Source of the DNA: Macrostomum lignano
Lineage: Eukaryota
Assembly (NCBI GenBank): GCA_002269645.1
Contig: NIVC01000175.1
Location: 62,001 to 126,000, forward strand
Direction of reading: 5' to 3'
Length of the DNA: 64,000 nt
The notes under the pieces were generated by a model. It did not search any database and had not been told where the DNA came from. It saw only the letters and a list, made by a program, of their open reading frames with translations. The translations under genes and the position numbers were made by a program. This document shows positions 57,234 through 64,000 of the stretch, one piece after another (position 1 is the first letter of the stretch; each line of letters opens with the position of its first letter).

Positions 57234-60200
57234 TTAATTTTGATTATTCGATAATTCAGTGAGCTCATTCCATCTTCTTTTAAGCACGGCCTGTATAGTC
57301 GCAGGAATTTGGCTTGACTGTCGAACTAGTCTGTTAAAAATAAGCTTTGATTCGTGGATATCGGAAGCAAACATTGCGGCAGTCAATAGCTCCAGGTCAT
57401 CTGCATCCTCTCGTTGAGTCACCTCCGCTATCTTACTTTGAAAGTCACCGATTGTTCGCAGCTCTAGATTTAGAGCAAGCATCAATGCTTCAGAATTGAT
57501 GAAGAAGCAACCCGGCTTATTCATCAACTGTAGAGGAAATAATGCTGCTAAGGTGACTGGCAGGAATTTGAATACCGGCCGTTCGTCGAACTGAAAGCAG
57601 AACTTCCACGTGGAGTCATGACTCCGGAGATATTGCCACACAACGTCAAAGTTTGCTGCTGCTGACGGCTTCTCAGCCGACCAAACAATGCCTCTGTTTA
57701 CCGAGTGTCCTCGACAGTGACTCACGATCCTCTCCGCGGTTTTTTGGTAGCCGAACTTTATACAGGCCAGCGCTTTGAGAGCCTCCCTTGTAGTAAAGGC
57801 ACAGTCAGGAAGTCTGCTGATTAACAGTGCAAGATTCTCTTGAGACTGCAGGGAGCAATCATCTTTAGTGAGACGCTGAAGGCACTCTCTCACTACGTCG
57901 TAGATTTCTTCATACTTTAGAGGATCAGATTTTACAGTCAATCTCGCGGTCAGATTTGGCAAAATTTGGAATGGGTGAAAGTAAAATCTACCTGACTCGT
58001 TTATTGGTGTCAGAGAGCCGATAAATTGCACAAGCAACTGCGGTAGCTTTTCAATCACAGCTTTCAAAGTGCTTACAATTCGGCTTAGAATCTGTTCAGA
58101 TTCATTCCGATTGAGGCCTTTGAGGTACAGGGCAGTATCGCTGAGAAAAAAATGCTCCATTATGCGACCGTGAGCATTGTCTGGCTTGCAGTTGCTCTCA
58201 GCACTATCATGCAACATCTGTAGAGCTCGTCTCACGAGAATCACGAGATTCTCCGGTTTCCATTGCTCAGGGGGCGTCTCCTCAACCATTCGGAAAGTGA
58301 TAGTCTTCACGTGATACGGTTTCACACCTTGCAACTTGAAGCCATCCGCATGGCAGATGACCTTCTTCACGAGGTATTTGAGGGTGACAAACAGTTGGCC
58401 TTGAAGTGTAGTAAGACTTCTAAGCATCCGTTTCTCCAGAAAGCTGGTGCTCACACGGAGCTCGTAACCTCCTTGTCCGGGAGAGGCTGCGTTGACTACG
58501 TGACATGGAGAAAACGAATTGGAAGAGACGTCATCTTGTAATGAGCAGAGTTCGATTTTGGGGATGTGCGATTTGGAAATCCTTTGCTGCTGGAGCGGAG
58601 CAATGGTAGGGTAGCAGCAGAGACGCGCTGCATCAACCTGGTCCAAGGCTGGTCTTAGAGCTGTTCCATAGGATGGCAGAGCCGGGTTGGATGCTGCAAT
58701 TTGTAATACAGATATTTTTATTGTTCAGGTTTTTTCTATTAAGGTTAAATGTATACTTATGCTATAGTCAAACTATAAGTAGTAGAAATTCGGCGCTAGA
58801 ATTAAGAAAGAAGTTTCGCGCTTGTAACACCACTAAGTGGAAACTCTCAAGCTGTTTTGAACTCCGCTTTTATGCTGCTACGCAAAACACTCTCGATGTC
58901 ATTTAGAATCTTAAAGTACAGCACAAATTAGTACAAATTAATTAATATTTCCTGAACCTGGTAGAAATTTTCATTAAATTGATAGTAAAAGATGAAGCAA
59001 AGTTCTCTTACCGAACCCGGGGGCATTGATGTGACCGTTTTCGTACGCCTGCTTAACGATGGTGGCATCATCGCACTGACAAAATCCAAGTTGGTGATGC
59101 AATCGGCCCGAAAGAAGTGTCATTACGTCTATGTCGGATTGGATGTCAGTTCTCCCGTCTAGACACTGTAGATTGTTGCCCCAGCCTTCGGAGAAGCTGC
59201 CAACAACGAAAATTTCATCATTGTTTAATCGCTTTCGAAGAATGTCCTGTAAAACGTCGGCAGCTGCCATTTGCAACTTGGCTCGAGACTCCACGAATCC
59301 AGACTCAGTGAGAGCCGAATGCAACTTTTGGCTCAGTGTTTGGTCACTTGATGCGGCCCTGAAAATTAATTTTACTTTTTTCAACCTTTTAGTGGCAATA
59401 GTGAGCACCGTAAGCTATCTATTTTATCATTTTAGCTCCCTTCGTTTCAAAAGGCTACTTTGCCCACTTACCAAATACGAATCCCTTATTTCAATTACAC
59501 AAACTTTCAATATTTTGTGCCATGAATGATCAAATAATTACATGTATCGAAAAACATGCCATTTTTGGATTTTTTCTGCAGTAGAAAAACTTTTAATCAT
59601 TTTGCGTGTTACTTACGAAAAAGACAGCTCATGGGCTTCACATCTTTGACCTTGTTCATCCGGGACCATCTCTTTGTTGACTTCAGATTGGGCTTTCAAT
59701 AGCAAGTCCACAACTCTCTGATGGTTGTTCTTCGACGCGACATGAAGAGGAGAGTATCCATTATAAGTTTGAATCTCAATATCTGCGCGAGCTTTAAGAA
59801 GCGAGTCCACAATCTGGTGGTAGCCGTTTTGCGATGCAATATAAAGAGGAGTAGAACCTTCGACTTTCTCTTGTATATTGATCTCAGCTCCTGCTCGAAT
59901 GAGTTCATTGACAATTCGAAGATGGCCACCTTGCGTGGCAATGTGCAGAGGCGAAGAACCATTGGCTTTCTCCAAAAGGTTGACATTGGCATTCGCTCTA
60001 ATAAGAGACTTTACAACTTGGTCATGCCCATTTTGTGACGCAACATACAGCGGCGTATATCCATCGTTTTCCTGGAGATTAACGTCGGCTTGGGCTTTAA
60101 TAAGCGAGTTAACAACTTCTAAATGACCATTTTCTGCAGAAACGTAAAGAGAAGAAAATCCGCGAACTTCTTGAAGATTGACATCAGCTTGCGCATCGAT

Positions 60201-61373
60201 GAGTGAGTCAACAATTCGAAGATGACCTTGGCGTGAAGCAATGAAAATCGGTGTGCAGCCGTCAACTGACTGAAGATTAACGTCAGATTGCGCTTTGATG
60301 AGTTCTAGCGTGACTTGTAAATGGCCATTTTGTGCTGCAAGGAACAAAGGTGACTCGCCAGTTACTTGCTGGAGATTTACATCGGCATTTGCTTTGATGA
60401 GTAAGGCTACAACTTTATGGTGACCATTCTGCGATGCAATAAGGAGTGGCGATACGCCTCTAATTTCTTGCTGATTTACATCTGCTTCCGCCTTGATAAG
60501 CGAGGAAGCAACTTGGGGGTGTCCCTTTTGAGCCGCAATGCAAAGTGGGGAGAAGCCCCGCTTTGTTTGAAGATTAACTTCGACTTTGGAGTTGATAAGT
60601 AAATCTACTATTTGATGATGCCCATTTTGAGCTGCAATATAAAGTGGAGTAGATCCATTGACACTCTCCTGAAGATTAGTATTGGCTCGAGCATTAATGA
60701 GTGATTTGACAATTTGATAATAGCCATTCTCGCAGGCAATGTATAATGGTGAGGCTCCACTACACCGTTCGAGATTAACATCTGCCTTTGCTTTGATGAG
60801 CGCATTAACCACGTGCAAATGGCCGTTTTGTGACGAACTGTAGAGCGGAGAGCAGCCAGTCTTCTGCTCTTGTGAGTCAACATTAGCAAATGATTTAATA
60901 AGTTCTTTAACAACTGAAAGGTGACCGTTCTGCGCCGCAACCCAAAGAGGTGCGGAGCAATAAATTTCGTCTTTTATATTGACGTCGGCTTGTGCTTTGA
61001 CGAGTAGTTCTACAATTTTTTGATGGCCTGCTTCCGAAGCAAAGTGTAAGGGAGATATTCCACTGCCGCTTTGAATATCCACGTCCACTTGTAGTCTTAT
61101 GAAAATCTCTACGATACTGATATTCCCTACCATGGATGCCAGATGCAAAGGTGAAATTGTTTGTCCGTTCCATAAAATTTGCCGATTGATGTTTTGCGCT
61201 GACTGCAGGTAGCGACAGATGACTTCCACGTCGCCTGTCTTTGCGGCCAAAAGAACCTCACGGTCACTAATGAGTGCGCTACGATGCGACTGCTCTGCGT
61301 TGCCAAAAGGCTGCATTAGAAGCAGCACTAAATTTCTCATAATAGTGAACAGCGAACCTAAGTCGCCGTCCAT
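57234..61373 (-). CDS. Ankyrin-repeat (16x) plus Mab-21/cGAS-like nucleotidyltransferase fusion, about 1187 aa; exons 61373-59617, 59358-59012, 58693-57234
   Basis: Donor TC|GTAAGT sits on the apparent stop of the ankyrin ORF; phase-2 acceptor TTTTCAG|G; donor TTC G|GTAAG; phase-1 acceptor TTGCAG|CA. NTase motif VVGSFSEG...SDIDVM; Mab-21-like C-terminal motifs LRVSTSFLEKRML, FVTLKYLVK, PYHVKTITF, PEQW, MEHFF. Confidence 0.85.
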
Positions 61374-62806
61374 TACCGTTGCAAGTTGCTAAATCTTTTT
61401 TTCAGGCAGGAAAATAGTCAAGTCAGCGAGTGAGAGAATCAGTTATTTTGCTACGAATATATAGCGACTTATCTTATCATTTGAGTTGCAAGCTTAATTA
61501 TTGGTGTACTTTTACTTGTACGCCGTATAGACTCACAGAGCAAGGCCAGTCCTTGCTGTACAATAAGTTTTAACTGAATTGAAACGACAGAAAAAATTGA
61601 CTCAGCATGTTATCGTCTGCTCTATAGAAAAAATCGGTGACAAACAGCTGGTATTAACGTCAGTATGTGACCATATATGCAGCACGTATCAGTTCAGTAA
61701 GAAAGACCTGCAGACGATTTCTAGTGTTCTACACTCTGACTCAATGATTCTAGAATGTTCTGGACGTGTTAGGGGCAAGCTGCATACCCCAACATTGGGG
61801 GTATATGTCTCGTATGATCCAAAACCAAAATCATACAATAACAGTGATGAATGGCTATATGCATTGCCAAATATTGTGCCATATTATTACCATAATTACC
61901 ATCTTTATACGATTGAACGTGAAGGAATTCGATTGTCTAATGAGTCGTTGTGCAGTAATGCACAAAACTGTGAAGGAATTCATTTCTGCACCCAATGATT
62001 TTTTCAGTGAGATGTTACCGCAGACATCCATTGCTGCACGGAAAATCTGCCGATAATGGCTGATCTGTTGTACTTAATCTGTTGAAAAACAAATTTTGGT
62101 GAACAACCCAACATAAGGTAACGTGCACGGAATCGAACTCCGGGTGCTTTCAAAACGAGATCGGGACTGAATAAGCGAGTGTAGAATGACAAAATTGCAG
62201 TGAAAATTAGTAGCTAAAGTGGACAGGCAGCTTTGCTATCGTGACTGCAGTTAGTTATGTTTGCGGCATGATTTATATTACAATATTTCGTACAAATATA
62301 TATAGACGCTGCATTTGATTCTTAGAGAATTTTTACTTTTTCTTCTTATTGTTTCAACAATGACTTTGGCTGCGCCGTAAAAATTCTCGCTCGTAAACAG
62401 GATGTAGAATTTGTGCACCATACGGAAGTGCAAAATTTCATAAGGCTTCTTTATGAAACTTAGATCAGAAAACTGAATACACGGATTTTAAGCACACTGC
62501 TTGAATTGTGCGCTTAGGACGAAGCGTGTCACTTGAATAGTGAGCTTGTGCTAGTGTGCTACTCAAGCACTGGTCTTTTATTCAAAATGTGCGTTTACCC
62601 AACCCCTTGGCCTAGCAACCCTCAATGACTCTCTCAAAGATAATTTCTATCTATTAATTTGTTATTATATCGCTCATTTTCAAATGGCCAATGAGAAACT
62701 GAGCTATTGTACCTTGGAGTTGGGTACGATTATAAATCTCAAATTTGAACACAGACACAGTTTGAATCCAAATTACAAGAAGAAAATACCGTAAAAATAT
62801 AAGGCA

Positions 62807-64000
62807 ATGGAAACATCTTCATCTTCATCATCGCCCGAGCAATCGGTAAGCCTTTCAGTTTATGAAACTTTATCACGCGTATGATACTTGGGGATCAGAA
62901 TTTATTGTAATAGTTAGAAAAGTATAGTTATAGGGAAACTTCTAAGGCAGATAATGAGGCGCAATGGTTCTTTGAATATCACATGCGTAGAAACTAGGGT
63001 CGGTTTGGGTGCCTTGTGTTTTCTTCTTCTCAGTTATCTAAATATAAATAGCAAACTAAGTAATGAATTAATATACTCGTATTTATGTACACATGCTCAG
63101 CTTAAAGTATTATACACATCTAAGGGCGTAGACTATTAATTACTTCGATTGTAAAGACAAAAACTCGGCGAATTTTCCTAGAGTTGAACTGTAACACTGA
63201 GGGGCGCGAAAGAGTGGGACGCAAACCCGACAATTATAGATACAAAACAACCAGACCTATAGGGGTTGAGCACGCAAAATAGCGCAAAAGCCAGAAAACC
63301 CCATTCCAGAAGCCAATCAAAAACAAAAAACGAGGGCAGGGAGCAGCAAACGTGGGCCTGGCGCAGCGGAGGGGTACGCCAACCCTCAGCCAGCCCCAAA
63401 ATGCACTACGCCTTGACAGACCGACAAGGGGAGAAGCACTATCTACATACTGTATGCTTAAAAATTAACCATCATTCAGTTCAATCTGACACAAAAAGTG
63501 CATAACCTTATTTTGCAGTCGGTGGAATCAGACAATGAAAGAGAAGACGAAGTACCCGTAGATGCTTCAGGCGTATCACTGATAGAAAGAGTTGTCTGCC
63601 AAAATACACGAGTGGACGCAAGAAAGCTGCTAAGCTTAGCTCGAGAAGAAACCAAACCAAGCGCTGCCATCATGCAGTTGATAGCCTCACTAAGTCATCC
63701 TGATACAAATGAAGACGAATGCATCCATACGGATGCATTCAAGCTTTTTCAGAAAGAAATTCCGGAAAAATTTAAGCCGGCGCTATCAGTAGAGAGCCGC
63801 AACTGGTGCATAGTTCACAGCGCGATCGAATCAGACTGTGCGATACTGCTAGATTTCCTGGCCAAACAAAACTGTTGTCTCACAGTAGAGCTGGAAAATG
63901 GTACTGACCCTCTAAGCCTCGCAGCAGAGTGGAGCAAACTCAATTCAATGCGCTATCTGATCCAAACGTCGCAGTTTGATTTAAAGAAAAAAGAGCAGAA
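62807..64000 (+). CDS. Ankyrin-repeat protein, 3'-partial; exons 62807-62845, 63519-window end
   Basis: METSSSSSSPEQS|GTAAGC joins TTTTGCAG|TCG in phase 0; open to the window end with ANK-like WCIVHSAIESD and GTDPLSLAAEWSKLNSMRYLI. Confidence 0.72.

Overview
Eukaryotic (metazoan) genomic DNA with GT-AG introns, very long tetranucleotide microsatellites and many transposons. The repeat style and gene content suggest a free-living flatworm such as Macrostomum (inference only). Left to right: a 5'-partial trypsin-like protease (6 exons); 21-bp and 16-bp minisatellites; a 4-exon secreted FGF-like gene not visible in the ORF track; a truncated LINE; a class A GPCR; a tRNA-derived SINE; a calmodulin-like gene; and four intronless M1 aminopeptidase N-like genes plus a decayed fifth fragment. 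Between the peptidase genes lie an LTR-like promoter, a Gypsy 5'LTR-PBS-gag remnant, a full-length LOA-type LINE, a CORE-like SINE and an intact long-TIR mariner. The window ends with palindromic non-autonomous elements, a 3-exon gene fusing 16 ankyrin repeats to a Mab-21/cGAS-like nucleotidyltransferase, and a divergently transcribed second ankyrin gene. The most interesting items are the ankyrin-cGLR fusion, the cryptic FGF-like gene, and the block-wise mosaic aminopeptidase cluster whose shared blocks are GC-rich. All gene models were built by hand from splice signals and reading phase; no database searches were run.
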